This document shows, one piece after another, positions 10,813 to 20,488 of a stretch of DNA of 58,350 nt. Every line of letters begins with the position of its first letter. The stretch's first letter is position 1. The translations under genes and the position numbers were made by a program. This DNA is from an uncultured Ardenticatenaceae bacterium (GTDB lineage Bacteria > Chloroflexota > Anaerolineae > Promineifilales > Promineifilaceae), in contig CAYNOL010000003.1 of NCBI GenBank assembly GCA_964398825.1, positions 1 through 58,350 of the forward strand, in the 5' to 3' direction. The notes beneath the pieces were generated by a model that had not been told where the DNA came from, did not search any database, and saw only the letters and a list, made by a program, of their open reading frames with translations.

Positions 10813-12750
10813 ATGAGTGTAACCAGAAAACTCACTATCTTTATTCTTGCCGCATTACTACTGTTGCTGGCGCCAACGGCATTCGCCCAGACCAAGACCT
10901 TCCACTGGACGGATTGGAACGTCGACATCGTCATCAACCCGGACGGCAGCATGAACGTCACCGAGACGCAGACGCTCAACTTCATGGGTGCGCCATATGA
11001 GTTCGGCTTCCGCAGCATCCCCGTCGGCCGGCAGGGCAACAACGACGGCATCACCGACATCAGCGTCCGCGAAGGCAATCAGGTCTTCGAGCGCTCTTTC
11101 TCCAACCGGCCGGGCACGTTCGAGGTCATCGACGAAGGGGGCGAAACGCGCATCAATTGGTACTTCGAGCCGGCGCTGGGCAGCCACACCTATACATTCA
11201 CCTACACCGTCCACGGCGCGATCCGGCTGGGCACATCAGACGAAGGCTCTGGCGATCAACTGTTCTGGACGGTCATCCCCAGCGACCACCCGGCGCGCGT
11301 CGACCGCAGCCGGATCACCATTACCCTGCCGGAAGGTGTCTACCCGCAGCGATATTTCGAAACCAACGAGCACCTCGTCGCCGCCTACATCAACGACACC
11401 GAGACAGACAACGTGCTGATCTCCGTCAGCGAGGACGAGCGGGTCATCACCTACGAGACGCAGCAAGCACTGATGCCGGGCTACTCGCTCGACGTGCGCG
11501 TACAGTTCCCCCACGGCCTGCTGGCGCTACCGACGCCGGAGTGGCAAGCGGCCGAGCAGCGGGACGACGCGATCGGCCTGGGGGTCGTCGCCCTGTCCCT
11601 GTTGTTGCTCGTCGGCGGGCCGCTGGGTGTCATCCTGCTGTGGTATACGCGCGGCCGGGACCCCGAGTTGGGCATCGTCGTCCCCGACTACATCACCGAT
11701 CCGCCCGACGATCTGCCCCCGGCCATGGTGGGGTCGCTGGTCGACGAGCGGGTGGACATGCAGGATATCATCTCCACGCTGGTCGATCTGGCCCACCGCG
11801 GCTACCTGACCATGGAAGAGAGCAAGCGGAAGAACTACACCTTCACCCGCACCGACAAGAAGGACCGCGACCTGCGCGAGTATGAGAAGACGCTGCTGAA
11901 CGGCATCTTTCGCGGCAAAGACAGCCGCACGCTGGACAGCCTGCGCTATAAATTCGCCGATAAAATCCCCGTCCTGCGAAACCTTATCATCGATGATCTG
12001 GTGAACGAGGGATACCTCCCCGGCTCGCCGCAATCGGTCCGTAACGGCTACATGGTGCTGGCAGTGGTGGTGTTTGGATTGGGTCTGCTCAGCCTCTTCT
12101 TCCTGGGTGTCTTCCTGGGCAGCAATGCCGGGCTGGTCTGCTTCCCGGTGCTCGCCTTCGTCGCCACGGGCATCGCTCTGTTTATCGCCGCGCGCCACAT
12201 GCCACGCAAGACGGCCAAGGGGACCGAAGCCGCAGCCAAATGGGGAGCGTTCAAGAATTACCTGAAGAACATCAAAGATTACGCCGACGTCGGGAACAGC
12301 AGCGAGATCTTCGACAAATACCTGTCGTACGCCATCGCCTTCGGGCTGGAGCGGACGTTCATCAACACTCTCTCGCAATCCCCGGCGACGGCCGTTCCGC
12401 CGTGGTACCTGCCCTACCCCACGACGACGACCCACACCCCCATGGGCGGCGGCTTCGGCATGCCGCGGCCGACGAGCGGCGGCGGCAGCAGTGGCGGCGC
12501 AGGCGGCGGGCTGCCCAATCTGGGCGACGTCTCCGGCGGTTTGACCGGCGGTCTGGCCGGGATGTCGTCGGGCCTGACGCGGATGCTGAACAACACATCG
12601 ACCGTTCTGAAGAGCACGCCTCCGCCGGCCAACACGGGCGGCGGCAGCCGCTTTGGCGGCGGCAGCAGCGGCGGGGGGTTCAGCGGCGGATTCAGCGGCG
12701 GATTCAGCGGCGGCTCGTCGGGCGGCGGCGGCAGCGCCGGTTTCGGATAA
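10813..12750 (+). CDS. DUF2207 family membrane protein with Gly/Ser-rich tail
   Basis: Signal peptide, extracellular beta domain (INPDGSMNVTET), PPDDLPPAMVGSL, TLVDLAHRGYL, FDKYLSYAIAFG, GGGFSGG tail. Confidence 0.85.
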   Translation: MSVTRKLTIFILAALLLLLAPTAFAQTKTFHWTDWNVDIVINPDGSMNVTETQTLNFMGAPYEFGFRSIPVGRQGNNDGITDISVREGNQVFERSFSNRPGTFEVIDEGGETRINWYFEPALGSHTYTFTYTVHGAIRLGTSDEGSGDQLFWTVIPSDHPARVDRSRITITLPEGVYPQRYFETNEHLVAAYINDTETDNVLISVSEDERVITYETQQALMPGYSLDVRVQFPHGLLALPTPEWQAAEQRDDAIGLGVVALSLLLLVGGPLGVILLWYTRGRDPELGIVVPDYITDPPDDLPPAMVGSLVDERVDMQDIISTLVDLAHRGYLTMEESKRKNYTFTRTDKKDRDLREYEKTLLNGIFRGKDSRTLDSLRYKFADKIPVLRNLIIDDLVNEGYLPGSPQSVRNGYMVLAVVVFGLGLLSLFFLGVFLGSNAGLVCFPVLAFVATGIALFIAARHMPRKTAKGTEAAAKWGAFKNYLKNIKDYADVGNSSEIFDKYLSYAIAFGLERTFINTLSQSPATAVPPWYLPYPTTTTHTPMGGGFGMPRPTSGGGSSGGAGGGLPNLGDVSGGLTGGLAGMSSGLTRMLNNTSTVLKSTPPPANTGGGSRFGGGSSGGGFSGGFSGGFSGGSSGGGGSAGFG

Positions 12751-12777
12751 GGTGAACCACAGAGGGATAATTACGGA

Positions 12778-13293
12778 ATGGGAAGGACACTGGGTATTAT
12801 TCTAATCATCGGCGGCATTGTCGTCGGTGGGCTCATCCTCGTGCTGATGTCGATCTATCGCGGCGAGGGGAGCCTGACATCGGGCGCGGCCACGCTGGGC
12901 ATCGTTATCGGCTTTCTGGTGCTGGTGCTGCCGCAGCTGGGCTTCGGTGTGTTTCTGCTGATGCGCGGGCAGCAAGAAGCGGCCGTCATCGAGACGGCCG
13001 GCAAGCAGCGCAAGATGTTGGGTATGATCAAGGCGCGTGGGCAGGTCCACATCGCAGATCTGGCGATTGACCTTCAATCGAGCCGCGATGAGATTCACAA
13101 CATGCTGTACGAGTTGGTCAACATGGGGCTGTATAGCGGCTACGTTAATTGGGACGAGGGCACGCTCTACTCCAGCGAGGCGAGCGAGCTGCGCAACCTG
13201 GATCGGTGCAAGAATTGCAGCGGCCAACTGGAACTGGCGGGCAAAGGAGTTATCCGCTGCCCCTTCTGTGGTACGGAGTACTTCCTGTCGTAA
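12778..13293 (+). CDS. 2-TM protein with winged-helix (PCI-like) domain and C-terminal zinc ribbon
   Basis: Two hydrophobic helices; VHIADLAIDLQSSRDEIHNMLYELVNMGLYSGYVNWDEGTL; CKNC...CPFC. Confidence 0.75.
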   Translation: MGRTLGIILIIGGIVVGGLILVLMSIYRGEGSLTSGAATLGIVIGFLVLVLPQLGFGVFLLMRGQQEAAVIETAGKQRKMLGMIKARGQVHIADLAIDLQSSRDEIHNMLYELVNMGLYSGYVNWDEGTLYSSEASELRNLDRCKNCSGQLELAGKGVIRCPFCGTEYFLS

Positions 13294-13473
13294 GCGTTCA
13301 TAGCTTGTGGTAAACCACTTTTGTGGTGTTCTCAAGGGATGGCTGAGAGGCTTACTACGAACTTGAGCGATTTTGCGTAACAATGTAGTGAGCGTGCAGG
13401 TTTATATACCGGCAAGTTCACAGGCCGCCTCTCATGGGAAGGCCGGAACGAGATTAAAGGAGTGCAATAGGAA

Positions 13474-14013
13474 ATGGTCGAAAAGGTTGAAGGGTTCTAC
13501 GAGAAGATTGTGGGAGATTCCGGAAGGTTGCGCAATTTGTTGAGCAAGATTCCGGGATTGAGCGGCTACATGGAGCGCGGCCGCCGGCGCGAGGCAGACC
13601 AACTGCTGCGCGACACCATCACCGGCCGTCTGGAGCAGGTTCGCCTCAACTACAGCTCGGTCTATCAGACGGTCAGCCGTGACATATTTATGGCGATGGA
13701 TTACGCCGAGCAGATGGGCCGGGCGGACAACCTGATGATGGGGCTGGTCGGCAAGATCAAGGACGCGCCGGTCGGTTACGCGGGCTTCTTCTCGGCTGTC
13801 AAGGTCGATGCTGAAGATCTGGCGCGGCTCTACTCGTTCGACGAACAGATGCTGAATCATACCGATCAGATTCAGGCCGAAGTTGACGCCCTGACCAAAA
13901 TGGTCAACGACGGCGGCAACATCGGTGAGCCATTGACCGCGCTCACTACAGCGCTGCTGGAAGCGAATGAGATCTTCAATTCGCGCCAGGAAGTTCTAAA
14001 CGGAATCAAGTAA
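13474..14013 (+). CDS. Hypothetical all-helical protein
   Basis: 179 aa with a Shine-Dalgarno-like AAAGGAG upstream; motif-like IPGLSGY, RREAD, GYAGFF. Confidence 0.8.
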   Translation: MVEKVEGFYEKIVGDSGRLRNLLSKIPGLSGYMERGRRREADQLLRDTITGRLEQVRLNYSSVYQTVSRDIFMAMDYAEQMGRADNLMMGLVGKIKDAPVGYAGFFSAVKVDAEDLARLYSFDEQMLNHTDQIQAEVDALTKMVNDGGNIGEPLTALTTALLEANEIFNSRQEVLNGIK

Positions 14014-14035
14014 GACACGAGGAGGTCATTTCATT

Positions 14036-15112
14036 ATGGCAAAGATATTCGATCGCGTAGCAGTCGAGAGCTGGGGGCGGGACGAGGTCATCCAGAAGTT
14101 CCCGCGCGAGGGGCTGGGCGACATCAAGCTGGGCTCGCAGCTCATCGTCAACCCGGGCGAGGTGGCCGTGTTCGTGCGCGGCGGCGAGCCCATGGGCACG
14201 TTCACGCCCGGCCGCCATACACTGACCACGGAAAACATCCCTCTGCTGACTGACCTGTTTGAATCGGGCTTGTTCGGCGGCGCGAATGTGTTCACGGCCG
14301 ACGTCTACTTCGTCAAGACCACAGACATGACGCTGAAGTGGGGGACGGTCAACCCGATCATCGTCGAGCACCCGCAGCGCATGCCGGGGGCCAGCGCCAT
14401 CGTCGGCAACGGCACCTACGTCACCAAGGTCAAAGACCCGTGGCGCTTCCTCAACGCCATGGACGCCTTCCGGCCCAGCGTGCGCTTCCAGGAAGTGAAG
14501 ACGCGCCTCGACCCGATGCTGGCGATCATGATCGCCGACAAGATGAGCGAATTGGCCATCGCCAAGGGACTTGGCCCGGCCCAGCTTCAATCCTTCACCA
14601 AGGAGATGAACGAGATGCTGGTCGGCCTGCTGCAAGAGGAGTTCGACGCCATCGGCATGGTGCTGGTCGATTTCGCCATCAACATGTCGCTGCACCCCGA
14701 CTCGCTCAAGGTCGTCACCAACATGGGGTACGGCACGAGCTATATGCAGAAGCAACAGGCGGACGCGCTCATGGCCGCAGCCAGCAACCCGTCCGGCGGC
14801 GCGCTCAGCGAAGTCGGCTTTGGGGCCATGGGTATGGCGGCCATGCAGCAGCAACAACTGATCCAGCAGCAGTTACTGGCACAGCAGCAAGCCGCGGCCC
14901 AGGGCGGGCAAGTCCCCGCCGCCCCGTCCGCGCCGACCACCGGCCCCGTGCCGATACCCGACGTGATGACGCCGGAGCAGGCGGCCGATTTCCTGCAGGT
15001 CGCCGTCCCCGACGTCATGGCGGCGATCGAGGCGGGCGAGCTGAAGGCCAAGAAGATCGGCGCGGCCTATCGGATCAGCAAGGCCAACCTGGAAGAGTTC
15101 CTGGGCGGCTAA
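14036..15112 (+). CDS. SPFH (Band 7, YdjI-like) protein fused to an excisionase-type HTH
   Basis: GSQLIVNPGEVAVFVRGG, TLTTENIP, KWGT; Q/P-rich linker; VMTPEQAADFLQV...GELKAKKIGAAYRI; RBS GAGGAGG. Confidence 0.88.
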   Translation: MAKIFDRVAVESWGRDEVIQKFPREGLGDIKLGSQLIVNPGEVAVFVRGGEPMGTFTPGRHTLTTENIPLLTDLFESGLFGGANVFTADVYFVKTTDMTLKWGTVNPIIVEHPQRMPGASAIVGNGTYVTKVKDPWRFLNAMDAFRPSVRFQEVKTRLDPMLAIMIADKMSELAIAKGLGPAQLQSFTKEMNEMLVGLLQEEFDAIGMVLVDFAINMSLHPDSLKVVTNMGYGTSYMQKQQADALMAAASNPSGGALSEVGFGAMGMAAMQQQQLIQQQLLAQQQAAAQGGQVPAAPSAPTTGPVPIPDVMTPEQAADFLQVAVPDVMAAIEAGELKAKKIGAAYRISKANLEEFLGG

Positions 15113-15132
15113 TCTTTATCTCTACATCGGAC

Positions 15133-15169
15133 AAAACGCCGGAACGCGGATAACGTTCCGGCGTTTTTT
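15133..15169 (+). terminator. Intrinsic terminator after the SPFH-HTH gene
   Basis: AAAACGCCGGAACG-loop-CGTTCCGGCGTTTTTT. Confidence 0.85.
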
Positions 15170-15270
15170 GTCGCCGCGGCCCGTTCCGTTGGCTGTTATG
15201 GCTTTCCGGGGCACAATCCGCCTGACGTCGGGACGATCTGACGTCGTGACGATTTACCCCGATTCTGACA

Positions 15271-17274
15271 GTGGCTAGACTCACGCAACATAGAGAGATA
15301 CTGCTCCTGCTGCTCATCACTGCGTTTGGGGCGCTGCTGAGGCTCCACCGCCTCGGCGAACTGCCGCCCGGCGACGGTCACGATGTGGCTCAGTACGGCG
15401 TCGACGCGCTGCATATCCTGAGCGGCGCGCGGCCGATCTTCTTCGAGAGCAACTTCGGCCGTGAGTCGCTGTTCAGCTATCTGGTGGCGCTTGTGTTCCA
15501 GCTCACAGGCCCCGGCACTTTCGGCATCCACCTGACCAGCGCACTCATCGGCATCCTGACGATACCGGCCGTCTACCTGGCCGGGCGGGAGCTGTTCGCC
15601 GCCGATCGGGGTAATGGTCTGGCCTTTCTGCCGCTGCTGGCCGCGTTTTTATCGGCCGTGTCGTATTGGCATTTGAACTGGAGCCGCCTTGGGTTGCGGG
15701 TCATCCTCGTGCCGCTGCTGGCGGCGCTGATCTTCTTCGCGCTTTTTCGCGGCCTGAGGCTTGGCCGGCGGCACTGGTTTGTGCTGGCCGGGGCGCTGGC
15801 AGGGTTGAGCCTCTACACTTATCAGGCGGCGCGCATCTTGCCGGTGCTGTTGGCGGCGGCGTTCGTGCTGCACGCGCTGCTCAGGCGGCGCTGGACGCAG
15901 GCTGACACGATCAACGCGGTACTCACCTTCGGTTTCATGGCGCTCATCTTTGCGCCGCTTGGCGTTTATGCCTGGCAGCACCCGGGGGCACTGTCGGTGC
16001 GCATCCGGCAGGCGGCCGTCGTCGGCGGCGAGCAGCCGCTGGGCGAACAGGCTCGCACGCTGGCCGAGCAAGCGGGCAAAACGCTGCTCTCCTTCAGCCT
16101 CGCGGGGGATACCGATCCCCAATTCAACATCGAAGGGCGGCCGACGTTGAACCCCGTGCTGTCGCTCGGCTTCTACGTGGGCATCGCCGTCGCCCTGTGG
16201 CGCTTTCGTCGCTCCCCCTACCTCTTCCTGCTGCTGTGGCTGGGGTTGATGAGCGCGCCGGCGATGATCGCCGACCAAGCGGCCATGGCCAAGCGGTATT
16301 TGGGCGCGTTCCCGGCGGCGATGCTGCTGATCGCGCTGGGCTTCCTCGTGCCGTTCGGGTGGCTGCGCGAGAGGACGCGGGGCCCCGGCCGGCCGACGTG
16401 GCTGCGGGCCTACGCCTTTCTGCTGGCCATAGGGCTGGCCTTCACCACCTGGCTCACCTGGCACGACTATTTCGTCGTCTGGGCCAATGATCCCGACCTG
16501 CCGGCCCACTTCCAGGCAGACCACCGGGAGATCGGTCGGGCAATCGGCCAAATCGACCGGCAGCAGACCGTCTGGCTCTCCCCCTACGTGGCCGACCATC
16601 CGGTCATTCAGTTCCATGCCGGGCTGCGACCGGCGTTGCGCGGCTATAACGGCCGCTTCTGCACCCCCTATACCGATCCTGTCGGTGACGCCGGGGCGAC
16701 TTACTTCATCGTGCCCGGCTTCCAGGACAACAGCCTGACCTCGCTGCAAGCGATCTTCCCCGCGGGGACAACGGCCGACGGCCCGCTGCGGTCGGGCACA
16801 GACCAACCGTACTACCGCGCCTTCCACGCGCCCCCTGGCGCGACGGCAGGGGCTCCGATTGTTCCACTGGTAGTGTGGGGTGAGGAAATTGCGTTGCTGG
16901 CGTTCGCCATTGAGCCCATTGAAGCCGCGCCGGGCGAAGCGATTACCGTTACGCTCACCTACCGGGCTCAACGAGACGTAGCCGCCGATTACACGGCGTT
17001 CGTCCACCTGCTGGGAGCGCCGCAGCCGGCGAGCGGCTCGCCGCTGTGGGCGCAGTCCGACAACTCGCCATGCGGCGGTACATTGCCCACCGGCCGCTGG
17101 CTGGCTAGCGATCACATCCGGGACACGATCGTTCTGCAACTGCCTGGGGATTTGCCCGAGGGGGAGTACGAATTAGTGACGGGGTTCTACACCTGGCCGG
17201 AGCTCGTGCGATTGACAACGGAGTCAGGCGCCGACGTCTACCGATTCGGCACGGTGAGGGTTACGAGCCGGTAA
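15271..17274 (+). CDS. GT-C fold glycosyltransferase (GT39/ArnT-like)
   Basis: Many TM helices, LRLHRLGELPPG.GHD, S.WHLNWSR, LSLYTY, C-terminal extracellular DYTAFVHL domain. Confidence 0.8.
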   Translation: MARLTQHREILLLLLITAFGALLRLHRLGELPPGDGHDVAQYGVDALHILSGARPIFFESNFGRESLFSYLVALVFQLTGPGTFGIHLTSALIGILTIPAVYLAGRELFAADRGNGLAFLPLLAAFLSAVSYWHLNWSRLGLRVILVPLLAALIFFALFRGLRLGRRHWFVLAGALAGLSLYTYQAARILPVLLAAAFVLHALLRRRWTQADTINAVLTFGFMALIFAPLGVYAWQHPGALSVRIRQAAVVGGEQPLGEQARTLAEQAGKTLLSFSLAGDTDPQFNIEGRPTLNPVLSLGFYVGIAVALWRFRRSPYLFLLLWLGLMSAPAMIADQAAMAKRYLGAFPAAMLLIALGFLVPFGWLRERTRGPGRPTWLRAYAFLLAIGLAFTTWLTWHDYFVVWANDPDLPAHFQADHREIGRAIGQIDRQQTVWLSPYVADHPVIQFHAGLRPALRGYNGRFCTPYTDPVGDAGATYFIVPGFQDNSLTSLQAIFPAGTTADGPLRSGTDQPYYRAFHAPPGATAGAPIVPLVVWGEEIALLAFAIEPIEAAPGEAITVTLTYRAQRDVAADYTAFVHLLGAPQPASGSPLWAQSDNSPCGGTLPTGRWLASDHIRDTIVLQLPGDLPEGEYELVTGFYTWPELVRLTTESGADVYRFGTVRVTSR

Positions 17275-17704
17275 AGTCGCGAACCAATTCACGCACGCGC
17301 GCGGCGGCCTCGGCCACGGCCTGCTCCACCGGCCCGGTCAGCGCTTCGGACAGCTCGAACGAGCCGCCGGCCACCGTGACCATGTAGGCGAGTGGGCAGC
17401 GGCCGAACAGCTCGGCGGCCGCCGCCAACAGCCCCTCGGCCGTCGTCTCGTGCGTGCCTTGCCGCGCCGCGCCCGGCCGCAGAGGGAACAGCGCCACCTC
17501 GCCCGGCGCGCCCACGGCGGCCGCGTCGGCAAAGATGACCAGGTCGGCGCGGCTGATCGGCTCGGCCCACTCGGGCGTCAGTTGGTGGACGGCGGCCGTC
17601 TCGACCGGCAGCGCCAGCGCGTCGACCGCCTCGACGATGCGCCAGCCGACGCCGTCGTCGCCCCGCAGTGGGTTGCCGTAGCCGATGAGCAGAATCGTGG
17701 TCAT
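17261..17704 (-). CDS. hoxW: Hydrogenase maturation protease
   Basis: LIGYGNPLRGDDGVG, HQLTPE, VIFADA; last gene of the hox operon. Confidence 0.9.
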   Translation of the reverse strand: MTTILLIGYGNPLRGDDGVGWRIVEAVDALALPVETAAVHQLTPEWAEPISRADLVIFADAAAVGAPGEVALFPLRPGAARQGTHETTAEGLLAAAAELFGRCPLAYMVTVAGGSFELSEALTGPVEQAVAEAAARVRELVRDFTGS

Positions 17705-17784
17705 GGATTGTGTGGCGAAGGGGAGAGCGGCACTGGCTGCCGTCTCCCCCTCGCGCATATGGGGTTGATCAGACCCCCGGACGG

Positions 17785-19212
17785 TTAAACACCCTGGCGG
17801 ACTTCATCAAGCAGTTCGCCGTCGGGCGAGAGCAACTGGATGTTCATCGGCATCTGGCCGAAGGCGTGGGTGGAGCAGCTGAGGCAGGGATCGAAAGTGC
17901 GGATGACGGCCTCGACGCGATTGAGCATCCCTTCCTCGATCTTCTCGCCGTGGATGAAGTGGCGGGCCACCTGATAGACGCCCTTGTTCATCGCCAGGCT
18001 GTTGTGACCCGTGGCGATGATCAGGTTGGCCGACTGCATCAGCCCGTTGCGGTCGATCTTGTATTGATGGATGAGCGTGCCGCGCGGGGCCTCGCTGACA
18101 CCGACGCCTTCCAGCCGGTTGGGTTCGGCGTGGGCGCGGACGTGTTCGTCGAGGATGTCCGGCCAAGTGAGCAACTGCTGGATCTTCTCGATGCAGTAGA
18201 GGATCTCGATGAGCCGCGCGTAATGGTACTGGAAGGAGCTCAGCGTCGCCCCCCGTTCCAGCATGCGGAACTCGGCCCACTCTTCTTCAGCGATTGGCGT
18301 GCCCACCCGGTCGATGAGGTTCAGCCGCGCCATGGGACCGACGCGATAGATGCCGTCGGGGTAGCCCATCGACTTGAAATAGGGGGACTTCAAGTAGGAG
18401 TCGGGCTCCACGGCCTCTTCGATGTAGTCGTCGAAGTGGCGCGGGTCGATGTCGTCGGCCACGATGCGGCCGGCGGCGTCGATGAAGCGCAGCTTGCCGT
18501 CGTACATCTCCAGCTCGCCGTCGTGACCCACCAGCCCCATGAACAGGGACGGGAAGTTGGCGAAGGTGCGAATCTCGGCGTCGAAGTTGCCGAAGATCTC
18601 CTTGTACCAGTCCAGCGTCCGCTTGGCGCGCAGGATGGCATCGGGCACCTTGGCCAGGATGAGATCGCGCCGGTCTTCGGTCAGCGGGGAGCTGACGCCA
18701 CCGGGAACAACCCATGCCGGGTGAATGCGCTTGCCGGCCAGCGTGGCGATCGCCTCCTGGCCAAACTGCCGTAGCCAGATGCCGTCGCGCGCCAGGTCGG
18801 GATACGCCTCGGCCACACCAAACAGGTTGCGTTTCACCGGGTCGGAGTCCATGCCCAGCACCAGGTCGGGCGAGGAGAGATGGAAGAAGCTTAGCGCGTG
18901 AGATTGCAGAATCTGGGCCAAATTGAGCACCTGCCGCAGCTTCGACGCCGTCTCCGGGATCTCCACGGCCAGCAGCGCGTCGCACGCCTTGGCCGAGGCG
19001 ATGAGGTGGCTGACGGGGCAGATGCCGCAGACGCGTGCCGTCAGCGACGGCATCTCGCGAAACGGCCGCCCCTCCACCAACTTCTCGAAGCCGCGGAACT
19101 GGGTGACATGGAAACGCGCCGAACTCACCCGTCCTGCGTCATCGAGGTGGATTGTGATCTTGCTGTGGCCTTCGATGCGAGTGATCGGATCGATAGTAAT
19201 CGTTCGTGTCAT
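17785..19212 (-). CDS. hoxH: NAD-reducing NiFe hydrogenase large subunit
   Basis: TRIEGH, RVCGIC (L1), DPCLSCSTH (L2) plus a cleavable C-terminal tail. Confidence 0.96.
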   Translation of the reverse strand: MTRTITIDPITRIEGHSKITIHLDDAGRVSSARFHVTQFRGFEKLVEGRPFREMPSLTARVCGICPVSHLIASAKACDALLAVEIPETASKLRQVLNLAQILQSHALSFFHLSSPDLVLGMDSDPVKRNLFGVAEAYPDLARDGIWLRQFGQEAIATLAGKRIHPAWVVPGGVSSPLTEDRRDLILAKVPDAILRAKRTLDWYKEIFGNFDAEIRTFANFPSLFMGLVGHDGELEMYDGKLRFIDAAGRIVADDIDPRHFDDYIEEAVEPDSYLKSPYFKSMGYPDGIYRVGPMARLNLIDRVGTPIAEEEWAEFRMLERGATLSSFQYHYARLIEILYCIEKIQQLLTWPDILDEHVRAHAEPNRLEGVGVSEAPRGTLIHQYKIDRNGLMQSANLIIATGHNSLAMNKGVYQVARHFIHGEKIEEGMLNRVEAVIRTFDPCLSCSTHAFGQMPMNIQLLSPDGELLDEVRQGV

Positions 19213-19229
19213 GTTCTTTTCCCTCTATC

Positions 19230-19766
19230 TCAGGCCCCAAAGCGGGTCATATTCGCCAGATCGGGCTTGCGCCCGGCAAGTAACTCGGTCAGCGCAAAGA
19301 AGATGGCGTCGGCCGGGGGTGGGCAACCGGGAATGTAGACATCCACCGGAACTACCTGATGGACCGGGATCGACTGCTCGCGCAGCGCCGGGATCACCTC
19401 GACGGGGATCTGCTGATTCAGAGCAGCGTTCTCGAAGTAAGCACGTTCCATGACCGATTGGACGGTGAAGCGGTTGCGCATGGCCGGTACGTTGGCTGTC
19501 ACAGCACAGTCGCCCAACGACACCAGAATGCGAGTGTGCGCCCGCACCTTTTGGATCTTGTGGTAGTCCTCAACGCTGCTGACCGCGCCCTCAATAAGGG
19601 TGATATCCACCATATCGGGGAACACCTTGTTGTCGACGAGCGGGCTGTAGACCAGGTCGGCCTGCTCCGCCAGCGCCAGGATGCGTTCGTCGATGTCGAG
19701 GAATGACATATGGCAGCCGGAGCAGCCGTCGAGCCAGACAGTCGCCAGGGTTGGTTTGTTACTCAT
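19230..19766 (-). CDS. hoxY: NiFe hydrogenase small subunit
   Basis: [21 protein letters not shown]; start trimmed to MSNKP. Confidence 0.95.
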   Translation of the reverse strand: MSNKPTLATVWLDGCSGCHMSFLDIDERILALAEQADLVYSPLVDNKVFPDMVDITLIEGAVSSVEDYHKIQKVRAHTRILVSLGDCAVTANVPAMRNRFTVQSVMERAYFENAALNQQIPVEVIPALREQSIPVHQVVPVDVYIPGCPPPADAIFFALTELLAGRKPDLANMTRFGA

Positions 19767-20488
19767 TTTCGGCCCTCCCGCATGGTTTGTAGGACGGGCA
19801 AGAAGTCGCGCCGCTTGGTCATCTCGGCCACGGCCTTGCCCTTCTGGAACAACGCACCGGTGGGACAGACCTGGACGCACTTTCCACACAGCGTGCAGCT
19901 TTCGGCCGTCCCCCAGGGTTGGTTCAAATCGCTGATGACGAGGCAGTCAACGCCGCGTCCCATGACATCCCACGTGTGAGCGCCCTCGATCTCGTCGCAT
20001 ACCCGCACGCAGCGCGTACAGAGGATGCACCGGTTCGGGTCATAGGTGAAGTAGCGATGGGACGCGTCGACCGCCAGCTGCGGATAGAGGTACGGCACGC
20101 CGACGTGGGTGACGCCCAGCTTGCCGGCCAGCCATTGCAGCTCGCAGTGACCGTTAGAGACGCATACCGAGCATACGTGGTTGCGCTCCGAGAACAGCAG
20201 CTCCAGCACTTGCCGCCGGTGGGTCTGCAGCCGTTCGGAATTGGTGGTGACCTCCATGCCCTCTTCGGCATAGGTCATGCAGGCGGGCAGCAGCTTGTTG
20301 GTGCCGCTCACCTCCACCAGACAGAGGCGGCAAGAGCCGACATCGTGGACGCCATCCAAATGGCACAGCGTGGGGATGAAGATGCCGTTCTCCTGGGCCA
20401 ATTCCAGGATCGTTTCGTCCTCACGCGCGCCGACGTCGATGCCATCGATTTTCAGAGTCTTGATTCGTGTCTTAAAAGGCCGGCTCAT
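19763..20488 (-). CDS. hoxU: Diaphorase Fe-S subunit
   Basis: IPTLC...CRLC...C, HVCSVC...[20 protein letters not shown]. Confidence 0.95.
   Translation of the reverse strand: MSRPFKTRIKTLKIDGIDVGAREDETILELAQENGIFIPTLCHLDGVHDVGSCRLCLVEVSGTNKLLPACMTYAEEGMEVTTNSERLQTHRRQVLELLFSERNHVCSVCVSNGHCELQWLAGKLGVTHVGVPYLYPQLAVDASHRYFTYDPNRCILCTRCVRVCDEIEGAHTWDVMGRGVDCLVISDLNQPWGTAESCTLCGKCVQVCPTGALFQKGKAVAEMTKRRDFLPVLQTMREGRK

Noticed and set aside
12650-12750. TTCAGCGGCGGA tandem repeats
   Set aside because: They encode the GGFS low-complexity tail typical of DUF2207 proteins.
13343-13362. CTGAGAG...GAAC as a hammerhead ribozyme core
   Set aside because: No stem II between the motifs and no proper GAAA.
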